Shown here: positions 13,774-27,015 of the stretch, one piece after another
Position numbering within the stretch: position 1 is the first letter of the stretch
How the letters are laid out: the number at the start of each line of letters is the position of its first letter
Assembly: GCA_951406725.2 (NCBI GenBank)
Contig: OX597822.1
Span: 109,058,001 to 109,122,000 of the forward strand
Length of the DNA: 64,000 nucleotides
Direction: 5' to 3'
Origin: Octopus vulgaris
Lineage: Eukaryota
Program-made: the position numbers and the translations under genes
The notes under the pieces: generated by a model
The model's database searches: none
What the model saw: only the letters and a program-made list of their open reading frames with translations
Told to the model about the DNA's origin: nothing

Positions 13774-13808
13774 GTTTCCGACGAAGAGCTCCACTCGAAA
13801 CGTTAAAC
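13774..13808 (+). ncRNA. Minimal hammerhead motif (CCGACGA core plus extra A) in a PLE 3'-end fragment (~13700-13897)
   Basis: gttt-CCGACGA-A-GAG ctcca CTC-GAAA-CGTT-aaac, followed by a T-rich tail running into (TA)n. Confidence 0.65.
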
Positions 13809-13893
13809 CCTCCTTTCCTGAGCGTCCAATAATACTATATTTGTTCCACGTCTTCGCATTGTTGTGTTTTTTTGTGCTTTCTTGTTTGGATTA

Positions 13894-13974
<81 letters not shown>

Positions 13975-14158
13975 TATTTCTAAATTTCGGTATGTGTTGA
14001 AGCAAATTTTTGCTGAACCCTAATTATAATTATAGAATTTTTTATATGTTTACCGATAATGGTTTTTTTAACATACCGAACTAGTTGGTAAAATTATTAA
14101 TTATTAATTAATTAATTAATTAATTTTACCCCTATTATAATATATATACATACATATG

Positions 14159-14201
<43 letters not shown>

Positions 14202-14559
14202 AAATATATATATACGCATACGCACAATCACACACACACAAACACACATACACACAGATATATACATACATATATTAGGTATAAATGTCTGAATCTGAGT
14301 GTGTATATATATATATAAGCATATGGAGACATGGACAGACAGAACACACATATAATCATATACACATACATATATTGGGAAATATATGAAGGAAGACATA
14401 CGTGTGTGTGAGTATGTATGTATGCGTGTGTGTGTGTGTCTGTGAGTATTAGATAAACATGCACGCGATTATATTTACCTATATGAATTGCTAAGGCACA
14501 TCGAAATCTCAGCTTGAAATTAAGTGATATATCTAAAGATTTTGCGAAAAAGATTTTGA

Positions 14560-14872
14560 AGAAAAATATGATTGATCGTTCACTGTTTGGTTCTTTATTA
14601 ATGCCCAATTCCATTCGATGGACATCATGATTGATGATATCTTTTTGTGGTTGATAATGATAATTCAAGTAGCTCTTGAAATATGGAACAAAAGCTTTTA
14701 TATATCTGGCTCCACGTATTTATTTTCGAACCCCTCGCCCCAATATGATGAAGTAGATAATATTTTGCAATCATTGAATAATGTAAGAAGCGTAATATTT
14801 CAATTGGGTGTCTTGTCTTCTCTTACAGTGAATAACTCATACTGCAGCAAACAGGCAAACACACACACACGC

Positions 14873-14940
<68 letters not shown>

Positions 14941-15054
14941 GTATATAAGGCCACTATCTCTCATTCTCTGTTTCCCTTTCTCTTTCCCTTTCCCTTAATA
15001 TTTATATACACATGTGTATACATACATATATATACATACATGCATACATACATA

Positions 15055-15126
<72 letters not shown>

Positions 15127-15218
15127 CATATATATGTACGTATGTATATATCTTTCTCTCTCTCTTCATTCACATACTCACACATATGCATATGTGTGTA
15201 TATATATATAATTGTATG

Positions 15219-15262
<44 letters not shown>

Positions 15263-15900
15263 TACATATAATACCATTTATCTATACACACACACATATA
15301 TATATATATATATATTTATATATTCATGTATATATACATTTACACACATACACAGAAATGTACACGTATGCAGACACACGTAGACACACGTAGATATTCT
15401 ATGAAAGGATATCAGTTTTCTAAAGTTAAATGTCTACCCTTTCTTTGCTAAATTGAAATTATTCTCTCTTGTCTACCGGCCCAAATATGCTGACAGTCCT
15501 TCAAAAATATATACTGATCTCCTTTTTCTTTTTGGCGTGGGAGGTTTTTCTTTTCATATTGTTGATTTTGTTGTTGTTGATTTTGCGTGGTGGTGGCGTT
15601 CGTAGTTATCTTTTTCTATGCCTGATCAAACAAGTGATAATGGAAAGCTGTTTTTTAACTTTCTGAGCATAAACATTAAATGAAAAGCAGTGTTTGCGGG
15701 AATTGTATTAAGCTGAATAAGCAAGAATTTAAGAAAAGTTTATTCTTCAGCATTTTGCCGTCATCAATTACTGTTGAGAAAGTGTGTAACGTATGTTTTT
15801 CATGATTAAAGGTAAATAAGTATTTCAGAAGAAACATCAGTCCTCTTCCGTCGGTGGGCAAAACAGTTCATCGTTCAATCGGTTAAACCTAATTGCCTGA
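14560..15900 (-). pseudogene. Possible highly decayed cadherin-repeat (protocadherin-like) relic
   Basis: Minus-strand strings PTDGRGLMFLL..FTFNHEKHTLHTFSTVIDDGK (15676-15861 ORF), then [13 protein letters not shown] and KLLFHISRAT*III (~14650-14845), resemble cadherin EC consensus segments. No intact DxNDN motif; interrupted by microsatellites. Confidence 0.2.
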
Positions 15901-16602
15901 ATATTGTATTACTAGTAACCTCCCACACACGTCATACATACATACGTACACACACATCAGTGGATCAATGGATCGTGTGGAAAATTAAGTAATCACACAT
16001 TCAACAAATAATGTGTAACATTAAAAGTCTCTATAACTATGAGGCCAGTTACGTACGAATGCAGCCATACTGGCTTTCATTTCTAATGATTGGTATTTCG
16101 AAATTACACAAGGTTAAATATATCTTTTATAATCTCTGCATAAATATTCATAGAAGTACAGAAACATAAGTACACAATCTTATGCGGGAGAGAATTACAA
16201 TCGTTTCTCTGTACTCAGTAAACCTCTTTGTTCAGACACCCAAAGTATTTCCAGTAAATTAAGAAGATAATGATATACAGGGTCAATTTCGTTGACACAA
16301 TCATTTTTAAAGTTTCCAGTAGGGAAGCAGAAACTTTATTTAATCAAATACATTCTGATACGTAATTATCTTACACTGAATCTGTAATAATTTTCCCATC
16401 GTTTCCCGTTGCAACACTTTTCTGCAGTTTCTTATTTGTCCTTTTTCTTGGCACACTCACGCATGCACACACACACACACACACACGCCCACATACATAC
16501 ATACACACATACACACACAAACTCACACGCAATCTATAAATATTTTGCTTCTATTTCAATGTTCTGTACGGGAATTCCACTTTAGGTTCCGATGTATGTT
16601 TA

Positions 16603-16755
16603 GGCGTGGCTGTGTGATAGGAGGCTATTTCTCAACCATTCAGTTCCGGGTTCAGTCCCACTGCGGGACTGACACTTGCCCACTTTGGGCAAGTGTATTC
16701 TACTATAGCCACGGGTTAACCAAATATGTGTGAGTAGATTTGGTAGAAGGAAACC
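16603..16755 (+). mobile_element. tRNA-derived SINE fragment (family with ...ccttgggcaagtgtcttctactatagcc... core)
   Basis: ggcgtggctgtgtg...ttccgggttcagtcccactgcg...ttgggcaagtgtattctactatagcc...gatttggtagaaggaaac; homologous to 22850, 43144 and 54107. Confidence 0.8.
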
Positions 16756-16767
16756 TTCATATAAATA

Positions 16768-17452
16768 CAAGCGGAAGTTTTAAACTATCCACCATTTTGC
16801 CATAAGATATTTTTATTACGGTCACACTGCATTCTGCGCATGCATGTTTATACTTGGTACTATTGTGGTCACGTGATCGAAGTTTGTGCCATTTTTCTTT
16901 CTGGTTTTGCACTGTAAGCATGGCCGCTCCACTAGCAATGTGCACGAAAGAAGAACAAAGAGCAGTTATGCGATTTCCATGGAAAAGTCGTGTACAATCA
17001 ACAGCGCAGGATACAGTCTTTGCTGGCCAACAAACTGAAGGGAGCAATTCGCACCAAACGCCGAAGCCTATTGTCGAAGAAAGTGTTGATGTTGCGTAAC
17101 AATGCACGCCCAGCATGACTGGCCAAACCGCTGAAACTAATAACTATTTGAATTTTGATATTCTGGAACAACATGTTTACAGCCCAGATTTCACCCATTC
17201 CGACTATCATATCTTCGGACCGCTAAAAGATGGTTTACGAAGTCGTCGATTTCGTACGAATGAAGATGTGAAGAAAACGGAGTATAAATGGCTATACAAC
17301 CAAACGAGGGACTGCGCAAACTTGTGGACGCTGTTACAGGTGTATCGAAAAGGAAGGAGATGATATAGAACAATGACGTACTTGTTTAACGTCCGCTTTT
17401 GCGTAAATACTTTCAAAAAACAAGAGTGTGTATGATTTTTTACTCTCCTTCA
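16768..17452 (+). mobile_element. Internally deleted mariner (DD34D) transposon
   Basis: N-terminus MAAPLAMCTKEEQRAVMRF, then VLMLRNNARP and YSPDFTHSDYHIFGPLKDGLRSRRFRTNEDVK (YSPDLAPSDYHLF motif). Degenerate TIRs flanked by TA. Confidence 0.9.
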
Positions 17453-17565
17453 TATATATACGTGTGTATATGTATGTATGTATGTATGTATGTATGCAAG
17501 TATCTATGTATCTATATATATATATATATATATCTCCCTCTCTCCCTCTCTCTCTATATATATAT

Positions 17566-17603
<38 letters not shown>

Positions 17604-17695
17604 ATATATATATAGAGAGAGAGAGAGGGAGAGAGAGATAGATATATAGATACATACATACTTGCATACATACATACATTCATACATACATACAT

Positions 17696-18030
17696 GAGTG
17701 TGTTATATAATAAGGTACAAAAAGAAAATGACGCTCCCCAGACACAACAGAATATATATTATATATATAATATATATTCTGTTGTGTCTGGGAGAGTCAT
17801 TTTCTTTTGTACCTTATTATATAACACACTCACTGTTGAAATTTCCACTTTTTCCTCATTTTTATTTTCCGAAAATTTTTGTTGCGTCTTGCAACCTTTT
17901 CAATAGTTCAATATGTTCAACGAAAATATTAGGAAAATAAAAATAAGAAAAAAGTGGAAATTTTACCGGTGAGTGTATTATATTATAATTTAAAAACAAG
18001 AAAATGATTCTCCCCGGACACAAGAGAATA
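17696..18030. repeat. Compound inverted repeat A-A'-B-B'-A
   Basis: 17696-17760 is a near-perfect reverse complement of 17769-17831; 17832-17885 pairs with 17918-17970; a diverged direct copy of A lies at 17971-18030. Confidence 0.9.
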
Positions 18031-18081
18031 TGCTTCAACACACGAACTCATATAAAGAATCTTGCAAACCAAATCCAAAAA

Positions 18082-18115
<34 letters not shown>

Positions 18116-18883
18116 TGAGTTGCTACATTTCTCTTTCACGCATCTTATTTGCAAATAATGGACAGATTCGCGCCACCAGGAAAATAACTACAAATAATTT
18201 TGGCCAAGAGAATATTGATAATTAGAAATGTAACGAGCGAATTGAAGCAGTTGAAATGTGCAAGTGACATGAATTTAGATAATTAAGATAAGGTGTGAGA
18301 TGCTGAAAAGCGAATGACCCAAATTTCCTAATTAACTGAACGTTCTTTGTTATTTGTTATGAGACAACAAAACCCTTGCGAATAAGAAAGAGAAAAATAT
18401 GACACAATGTCTGGAAACTAACTGTTAATATTTTAAATCTAGTTTGCATAATTATAACGATTTCGGTACGAGAAGACGTTTATGTTGTAGTAGCCGGCGG
18501 AAAGTACTGAAGATAATATTTCGATTTTTTTTAGTATCTCTGCCATTGTAGTCTCATTCACATGCAGCGCCAATCCTCTCACATTATCTCTCTCTCCCTT
18601 TACACGCACACAAACTCGCACACACACATACACACACACACACACACACGCACGCACACACACAAACACACACACATATATGACAAATGATGAAACAGTG
18701 ACCAGTGGCGATTCTGAAAATAATTACATTTATAAGCTTATATCTGACCACCATATATAAACTAAATTCTAGTATTGGGGCATCGAGTGTTTATATCCAG
18801 TAATACTAGATTATTTGCTTCAATCAATATATGGTATAGTTAATTTACTTTAATATTAAAAGTATTATTATTATCATAAACGA

Positions 18884-19050
18884 GGAAGCGAGCTGGCAGA
18901 AATGTTAGCACGTTGGGCGAAATGCTTACCGGTATTTCGTCTGTCTATACGTTTTGAGGTCAAATTCTGCCGGGGTCGATAAACAAAGTATAAGTTGCGT
19001 ACTGGGGTCGGTATAATCGACTGTACGCCCCAAACACAATTTCAGGCCTT
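18884..19050 (+). mobile_element. tRNA-derived SINE (ggcggcgagctggcagaaacgttagc family), degenerate
   Basis: gcgagctggcagaaatgttagcacgttgggcgaaatgcttaccggtatttcgtc...ggggtcgataaa; homologous to 23901-24027 and 39341-39565. Confidence 0.85.
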
Positions 19051-19146
19051 TCTTCAATCGAGTTTTACTAATAAACTCTTTTAAACTTCAATATCTCCAT
19101 TTTCTTATTTTTCATTTACACACACACACCCACAAACACACATGTA

Positions 19147-19247
<101 letters not shown>

Positions 19248-19354
19248 GTAACAGACAAGAGGAATTTCGCTTGTCCCCACGTGAATCTCATTATAAACAA
19301 CATGGACCCATACTCTTCTTAAGAAAAAATATATTTTCATATAAATTAAACATA

Positions 19355-19389
19355 GTATCATGAATAGCCATTGCGAAACCGGTCGATAC
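19355..19389 (+). ncRNA. Minimal type I hammerhead motif with A3-U8 core
   Basis: gtatc-ATGAATA-gc catt gc-GAAA-CCGGTC-gatac: perfect 5-bp stem I, palindromic ACCGGT stem III, GUC site. Lies in a ~200-bp island between (TA)n tracts. Confidence 0.7.
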
Positions 19390-19442
19390 GTTAAAAATTA
19401 TACTATAACCAAGTAAGAGTGCGTATTTTCCGTTTTTATTTT

Positions 19443-19510
<68 letters not shown>

Positions 19511-20834
19511 ACATAATGCATTATCTCTTCTCTATTGTACTACAGTTTCCAGATATTATGTCTATTAAGGCTAACCAGCTGGACCAATCCGACTTAGTCT
19601 AATAATGGATATATTACACAAAATAAGGCACATATCAATTTGTAGAGACACATATACATACGATTGAGATTTCCACAATTATGCTTTTGACCTTAGTCAC
19701 TAGAAGGGAAATTATTTTTCGTTGTTAGATTTCTGTTTGCTTCTCTTACCTATTTGATTTGTCTTCTGTCCTGCATCTTTTTCCTGATCGATATTTAGCA
19801 ACGAAAATATGTGCGAATATCCATCAACAAATTGATAAATACACATTTGACAACACCCGATATTCACTCAAAATTAAAGTAAATGTACTATAGAAAACCT
19901 ACGACTTGGGTTTTCCCAGTCCCGTCTTCAGTTTATAAATTCTGTCCCTTTCTGCATTAAATATCTTTACAGTTCCTTTCTACGCGGAGAAAGATTTTTG
20001 TTGGCCATATATTTATTATATATTTCCGTTAAAACTACAGAATTTAGACGTTAACTGTAAGGATCTACTAATGCAAGATTTCCTGCTGATCTCTTAGCAA
20101 TACTTCTCTTTTTTGTTTTAAAGAGCAAAAGAAAACAGGCATAAGTATATACTGTTGTAATCAACATAGAAATGCAAACTGTACTTGCAAGAAATCTCCT
20201 GAAATTTCATTCTGATGAAATGGGGTAAGTAAATAAAACCACACTTTATGTTCAATGCCATCTATGATTGTGCTCAGAATAATAAATGTAAGGCTGTGTA
20301 CGATATGTACGATATGTACGACAGCCATACACACAAATTCGTTTCGGAATTCAGAAATGTTTGAAAGTATTTAAACGTTAAATATCGTTAACATAAAATA
20401 AACATCTATGAAAAAACGCATTCACATTCGTTTAAAAATCTTTCTACATAAAATAAAATCCTTTTTCTTTCGCACAAAGGATTTATGACTCAGGCGACAA
20501 ATCAACATAAATGTTCCAAAAAAATTCATTGTTACACAGTTTATAAAGCATTTAAATTTTAAACAGGTAAAATTATATATTTTTTTCTGTTACTTCTCTT
20601 GACAATCAAATTTAGAAAGAAAGGGAAAAGGGGGTGGGTAAGAGATATAAGAGGAAATTTACTTTACAGGAAGCGACGTTTCTGCTATTCCTTGCTGCGC
20701 TGTATATTCTTGAAAAAACACAATAGAAAACAATTTTGATGTGATGATGTGAGAAATATATTTTGCTTTCCTTCTATTCCATGTGTTCTAGTCGCAAATT
20801 GAATCTATGGCAATGAAATATATTGCAGCATGTA

Positions 20835-20916
<82 letters not shown>

Positions 20917-21314
20917 TGTATCTGTGTATATTTTTATATAGATGTGTATGTGTGCATTTGTGTTTGTATCACACAAAAAGTGAGCTTAACTTGCTGTAAA
21001 CAATATATTGAATGGGTTGCAAATATAAAAAGCATCATAGATTCAATATCACAATGTACAAATAAAATATGTCGTAAACCATTGTTAAACGTTAAGAAAG
21101 ATTCAGGTTGGCCACAGAAACAATTTCATGGCAAACATTAAGAAATAGTTCTATTAAATTGTAAAAATCTAAATCGATCGTAATTAGACCATAATATCAG
21201 TTTTTTTTCATGCTCTGAAGATTAAAGCGAATGCCAGAGCAAATTTTGACGGCACAAGAAACATATTTTGTATGTATGTATGCATGTATCTATTTATCAA
21301 TCTATTTATCTATG

Positions 21315-21390
<76 letters not shown>

Positions 21391-21567
21391 GATGAACCCA
21401 GAAATTGAAAACAGAGGGTTACCCACTTGCAAACAAATGTGGTAACATATAACAATATTGACCAAGGTTACCGTGGTCTTTTTCGTAGGCTTTTCTTCCC
21501 ACAGATAAACCTTACTTGCTTTCTCCTTTACACCATACGTCATAACACTGTGATACATGATCTCTAT

Positions 21568-21852
21568 TGATCGTTTTTTTTCCTCTTCCCCTTTTTTCTT
21601 CTTTTTTTCATTTCTCTTTTCTTTTGTTCCTTTTCCTTTTTTTCTTTATTTCTTTTTTTCTTTTATTTTATTTTGGGTTCTTTTTTCCTTCTTTTTTCCC
21701 CCTTTCATGGTCCCTTTTGATCGAAAACCTACGCCACCTTTTTTTTGTTTCATTTTTTTTTGTTTTTTGTTTTTTTCATCCCCCAAAAGAAAAGCTCCAC
21801 CTTGTAACTTGTCCCATCTGTGTGCAGCCCTGTGTAGCCAATAAAGAAACTT
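21568..21852 (+). mobile_element. Short retroposon (LINE 3'-UTR-like) ending in AATAAA + (TATC)n
   Basis: T-rich body ...gatcgaaaacctacgccacc...cttgtaacttgtcccatctgtgtgcagccctgtgtagccaataaagaaac(tatc)n; second copy at 53299-53582 (-). Confidence 0.75.
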
Positions 21853-22408
21853 ATCTATCTATCTATCTATAATATCTATATATCTATCTATCTATCTATC
21901 TATCTATCTAATTATCTATGTATTTATTTATGTATGTATGTATGTAATTATGTGTGAGTTAGTGTGTATGTGTGAATGTTTGTGTTTGTATATAAGTGTG
22001 TGTATGTGAATGAATGCAAATAAAATAAAATTTACGTCAAACACTCTTATCGTGCAAATGCATGTGATCCTTCCCCGATATCTCCATAGCTATTCTACAT
22101 ATATCTCCTCTGCTCCGATATTTCTAATGTATTTGTAACTATTACGTTTCAGCGTACGTTCATAAGTTCTTCTACTCCATTCCTAGTCCCCTCATACTTT
22201 TTATGCTTTTGCATTTCTTGCATAAAAGAGAAAAACAGAAAAAAATTATACACTGTTTTCTCTTTTTCCTAAGTATAATGATATATGTGGACGCTCGGGT
22301 GCGGTTGTGGAGGTGTTCATAAGCCTATGGATGCGTACTCGCCTCTCTCACTCAGGTTTATTTTGTGTATATACTTACATACGATGGAGTGTGTGTATGT
22401 GTGTGTGA

Positions 22409-22441
<33 letters not shown>

Positions 22442-22462
22442 CACACACACACATATATATAT

Positions 22463-22529
<67 letters not shown>

Positions 22530-22580
22530 TATATACACATATATATATACATCTTTCTTTCCTCTCTCTTCCTTCTTTAT

Positions 22581-22615
22581 GTTTCCGACGAAGAGCTCCG
22601 CTCGAAACGTCATAC
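22581..22615 (+). ncRNA. Minimal hammerhead motif (CCGACGA plus extra A, GUC site) in a PLE 3'-end island (~22550-22707)
   Basis: gttt-CCGACGA-A-GAGC tcc GCTC-GAAA-CGTC-atac; same family as 13774; (TA)n on both sides. Confidence 0.65.
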
Positions 22616-22701
22616 CTCCCTGCTTCCATTTCCTGAGCGCCTATTAATAATAATACTGTAATTGTTCCATTGTTGTTGTTTTTTTGTTTCCCGTTTGGAT
22701 T

Positions 22702-22840
<139 letters not shown>

Positions 22841-22849
22841 CTTGTATTG

Positions 22850-22983
22850 TAACAATTTTATTTCCAAAGCATACAGCTCTGGGTTTAGTCCCACTGCATG
22901 GCCCCTTCGGCAAATGTCTTCTACTATAGACGCGGACCGACCAAGTCCTTGTAAGTGGATTAGGTACGGGGACCGAAAGAAGC

Positions 22984-23025
<42 letters not shown>

Positions 23026-23185
23026 TTTTGCGTTTATTTATGCTTGTGTTTGTTCCCCCCACCACCACCACCACCATCTCTTGACAACCGGTATTGTTGA
23101 TTTTCCGACCCCGTCACCTAGCTATTCGGCATAAGAGTATAATAGAATAAGTCATGGCTGCTGTAAATGACTGAAACAAATAAAG
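22850..23185 (+). mobile_element. tRNA-derived SINE, degenerate, with internal (TA)n
   Basis: gggtttagtcccactgcatggccccttcggcaaatgtcttctactatag...gaaagaagcc, then 3' part ...cttgacaaccgg...gactgaaacaaataaa. Confidence 0.75.
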
Positions 23186-23840
23186 CAAAAATGATGATAA
23201 TAAAGTATATGTAATTATATATACATATGTTTATACACTGTATTCCGTTACGCTATAACTAGAATGTCATTACAAAAGCAGCGTATACTGTTTTGAATTT
23301 GAAAATTTAGGCATCGATTTGGAGGACAATATTTCCACGGTGCTGTAACAGCTGTTGTGAACATTAGTAAGCGATTAAATGCGAAATCAGCTTTCGACGC
23401 CAGTAGTATGCCTCGAATAATTGATCTTTGAATATTTACCGAACACTTTTGAAGATTCTCGATGTTCAATGAAAATTGTATTAAAACGGAGACACATACA
23501 CAAATGCATATTCTCACCAGTATATAGAGAAATACATGTACGCTGTCTAATTCTAAACTGTCAAATATTTCCATAAATCTCTGATCTAACGTACCACATG
23601 TGTTTCGTACGGACTACAACTAGAAGAGTACAGAAATATTCACACCAGCAAAACAATTTTAAGGTTAACAGAACCATAAATCAAAAGCATGACAATGCAC
23701 ACAGACACACACACTCACACACATATTACTATATATATGTGCGTGTCTGTATATACATATATACACACGCACACATACACATATTTATTACTATATATAT
23801 GTGCGTGTATGTGTATATAGATATATACACACAGCACAAT

Positions 23841-23876
<36 letters not shown>

Positions 23877-23900
23877 TGCGTGTGTGTGTATATACATATA

Positions 23901-24027
23901 TTTATCGACCCCGAAAGGATGAAAAGCAAAGTCGACCTCGACGTAATTTGAACTCAGAACGTAACGACAGACGAAATACCGCTGAGCATTTCGCCCGGCG
24001 AGCTAACGTTTCTGCCAGCTCGCCGCC
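23901..24027 (-). mobile_element. tRNA-derived SINE 5' part (ggcggcgagctggcag family)
   Basis: Reverse complement ggcggcgagctggcagaaacgttagctcgccgggcgaaatgctcagcggtatttcgtc...gagttcaaattacg...cttttcatcctttcggggtcgataaa, with A/B-box-like head. Confidence 0.9.
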
Positions 24028-25252
24028 AATTATAAATAGATAGATAGATAGATAGATATATAGATATATATGCATGTGGGTATATGTAATTGTGCATGTG
24101 TGTATATATGTATATACACACACATGCGCATATATAATGAACGGGTGAGGACAAATGAATCTGACAATATAGAAAACACATTTCCCACGAGAGGACAGAG
24201 TTTACATTGTTTCTGCTGTATTAATCATAACAGTAACCAATCCCACGTGTTGGTTTGCCACGCGTTGAACACTTTACATAGAAGCTGTAGACTTGATTTG
24301 GTAGATTACAAATAATACTTGACATTTGTTACGTGATATATGTGTATGCAAAAATGAAAAGTTAAGATAAGTGCGTCTATATGAGTAGACGTACACGTAA
24401 ACATAACTGAATATTTTGATGTGAGCTTCATTATTTACGAAAATAATTGAGACGAGAAATATAGTGATTTTGTAAAATGTGTTCGTGGAATGACTTTTTA
24501 TCTGTTAGTTGTTGTCTTGATTTCACCTCCGTTTCTATGCTTATATTTAATGTATATATTAAACGGTTTTCCACTTCTTGCATTTGCGCTCCATTTTTAT
24601 GTCTTGACTGTCATTGTAATCTGGTAAATAATTATTTAAAGTACATTAACCCAACAACAATCGCTTCAGTGCGCGTAATATAGTGAAATCATATAAATTT
24701 AAGCCAGTGTTTTCCTTTCTCTCTGGGGAAAAAAGCTATTTTGAAAATGGCTTTACAATTTTCGTCTGTATCTGGAAAATCATTAAAGAACAATTACCCG
24801 TATGACCTCCCGAGGCGAGACTCTTAGATTATTAATTACCTACTGTGACTTTTCCTGAAGACCACCAAAATTTGGCAGGATGTGATTTTGGAAAAAATTG
24901 GCTCAGTTCGACCAATGGAGAAATTCTTCTTGAGTTCAATTATATAAATTAATTAATGTCATTACTGCGATACAAGTGTCATAATTGGTTAGAAATTTCT
25001 GTACCTTATCTTTTGGCCAGTGTCTTATCTCTTGCCCAACGGTGTTCGCACTTAGTTCCATATCAAACTAACCACGATCGGTATTATAATTCCTCAAAAC
25101 AATTTCACCAAGCACATTCCTTGTAACGTAGACAATATAAATGCGGTAGCGATGGCGTTTACACGCATTTTGACATTCATCTCTTTGGGATCACATACTT
25201 CTGTATTATATCGCTTATGCTTTGATATATGTTTCTGCTGTAGTCCTTAAAG

Positions 25253-25434
25253 TGTTGAATTATTATAACACCCAATTCGATATAGTGTATGCTTAGTAAA
25301 ACTAGTAAAGACACGACTATCCCTGACATCCTACCACATACTCTTGTACTTCTCGTACTTTCCTTTATTTATAGTAACTACTTTATTCCATTCGTCACGT
25401 GGAAGGGGTGTATCATTATTACTAATTCCCAACA
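25253..25434 (-). mobile_element. Putative 3' LTR of the adjacent Gypsy relic
   Basis: On the minus strand a polypurine tract aaaagggaag (25436-25445) precedes TGTTGGGAAT...ATTCAACA termini. Internal AATAAA; lies downstream of the integrase. Confidence 0.55.
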
Positions 25435-25529
25435 ACTTCCCTTTTAAGATTTTTCTGAGGAAGTGTCATTTTATTTAACAATATTTTTTTTTCTTGTTCA
25501 CCTCCACCTCTCATTTTTGAATTTTGAAT

Positions 25530-27015
25530 TTATCTCCCTTCAACCATCAGCTCCGCTGGTGAGCCAAATGCTGGTGTATTAGGATTTAGTGACACAAGGT
25601 ACAGTCTTAAAAATTGGAAAGCTAACTCATCCGTGAATCCCTTATTCAATTTTCTAACAGTCCTTTTGAAGGTATCAACAAAGCCTTCTGGTTGTCCAAT
25701 TGATCTGGGATGGCATGGCACCGTGATTATAAGTTCTACCGCGAACGTTTCTCAAAAGTTTGAAACATCGCTAGACACAATGTCAGACAATGTCTTCTCT
25801 GGGATGACAAATCTTGCAAACAATCCGTGTAAGAGATTTAACAGTTCATGAGGTTGGTTTTTTATACTTACAAACTTCTGGCCATTTCTAAGAACTATCA
25901 ACTACCACTATGTATTAAAAAAACTTTTAAAGGACCAGCGAAATCGATGTGTAATCTCGACCACGGAACATCTACTGTTGATAATGTTTCACTTTTTATA
26001 TGGGCAGTTTTGCTGCTAGAGCATATCCTGTACAGTTCTTCACCAAATGTTCTATTTCTCTGTCCATTCTTAGAATTTATAACTGCGCATTAGTGCTTTC
26101 CTCCTTGAAACACCAGGATGTCCTACGTGAAATTCTCTCAACATTTTCTTTTGTAGTGTTTCTGGTATCTCTACTTCCTGTGCATACATCCGTACGCCAT
26201 CACTCATTGGGTATAGGTTCACGTCTTGTCTTCGTTTTGCACCAAACCTGCTTCTATTCTCTTTTGTTGATCACAGTGTTATTGTTTCTTTTATAAACTT
26301 GCCTATTACTGCATTTCGCTTTATATCCCCCAAAGTCATTGCAACTCTTGTACCAAGTTCCACATCGTGTTCTTCATTTCCCCTTCATCTCTTAGACATG
26401 TGATTACCGTATCCTTCAAATCGTTCGGCCGTGGTTTGGTATCAATCTGGACAAGACTTGTTTTTTCGACGGTAAATACTCCATTCTCTCGGCGTAAACA
26501 AAGCACCTGAGGTGACAGCCTTTACTGATAGATGCAACACAAACAGATGCACAATATCATATCCCTACTGGACAGATGTAGGTTGGATCTAGGCGATAGT
26601 CGTGCAGCATAGCGATTCTTATTGAAACTATCTTCCGTTTCCTTTACCAGCTACAATTTCTACCTTCTGTAGTCATATCTTAATAGTATAGCACACCATC
26701 GCTGTAATCTACTTACTGTGTGGGTTGTGATTTATTTTTTATGGGGGACCGTATATTGTCAGCAAACAAAAAGTCTTCCCTGGATAAATCTATGGAAATT
26801 CTTGACATCAAATATAATTGCCAATGCATCTTTCTCTATCTGACTATAGTTCGTTTCAGCTGACAATAACGACTTTGACGCATGAGCTATAGACTTTTAA
26901 ATGCCAACGTCATATTTGTGCAGAGAAATAGTTCCTACACCGAACTCACTGGTGTCTGTAACAACAGAAATTAAAATACTTTTCATTTCATCGAATGTCT
27001 TTTGGCGCTTATTCG
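25530..27015 (-). mobile_element. Second degenerate Ty3/Gypsy pol relic (RNaseH-integrase)
   Basis: RNaseH DTSEFGVGTISLHKY..SIAHASKSLLSAETNYSQIEKDALAIIF (~26810-26960); HPGVSRRKALMRSY zinc finger (~26080-26125); PWSRLHIDFAGPLK and KWPEV; PCHPRSIGQPEGFVDTFKRTVRKL...SPAELM (25530-25721). Confidence 0.88.
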
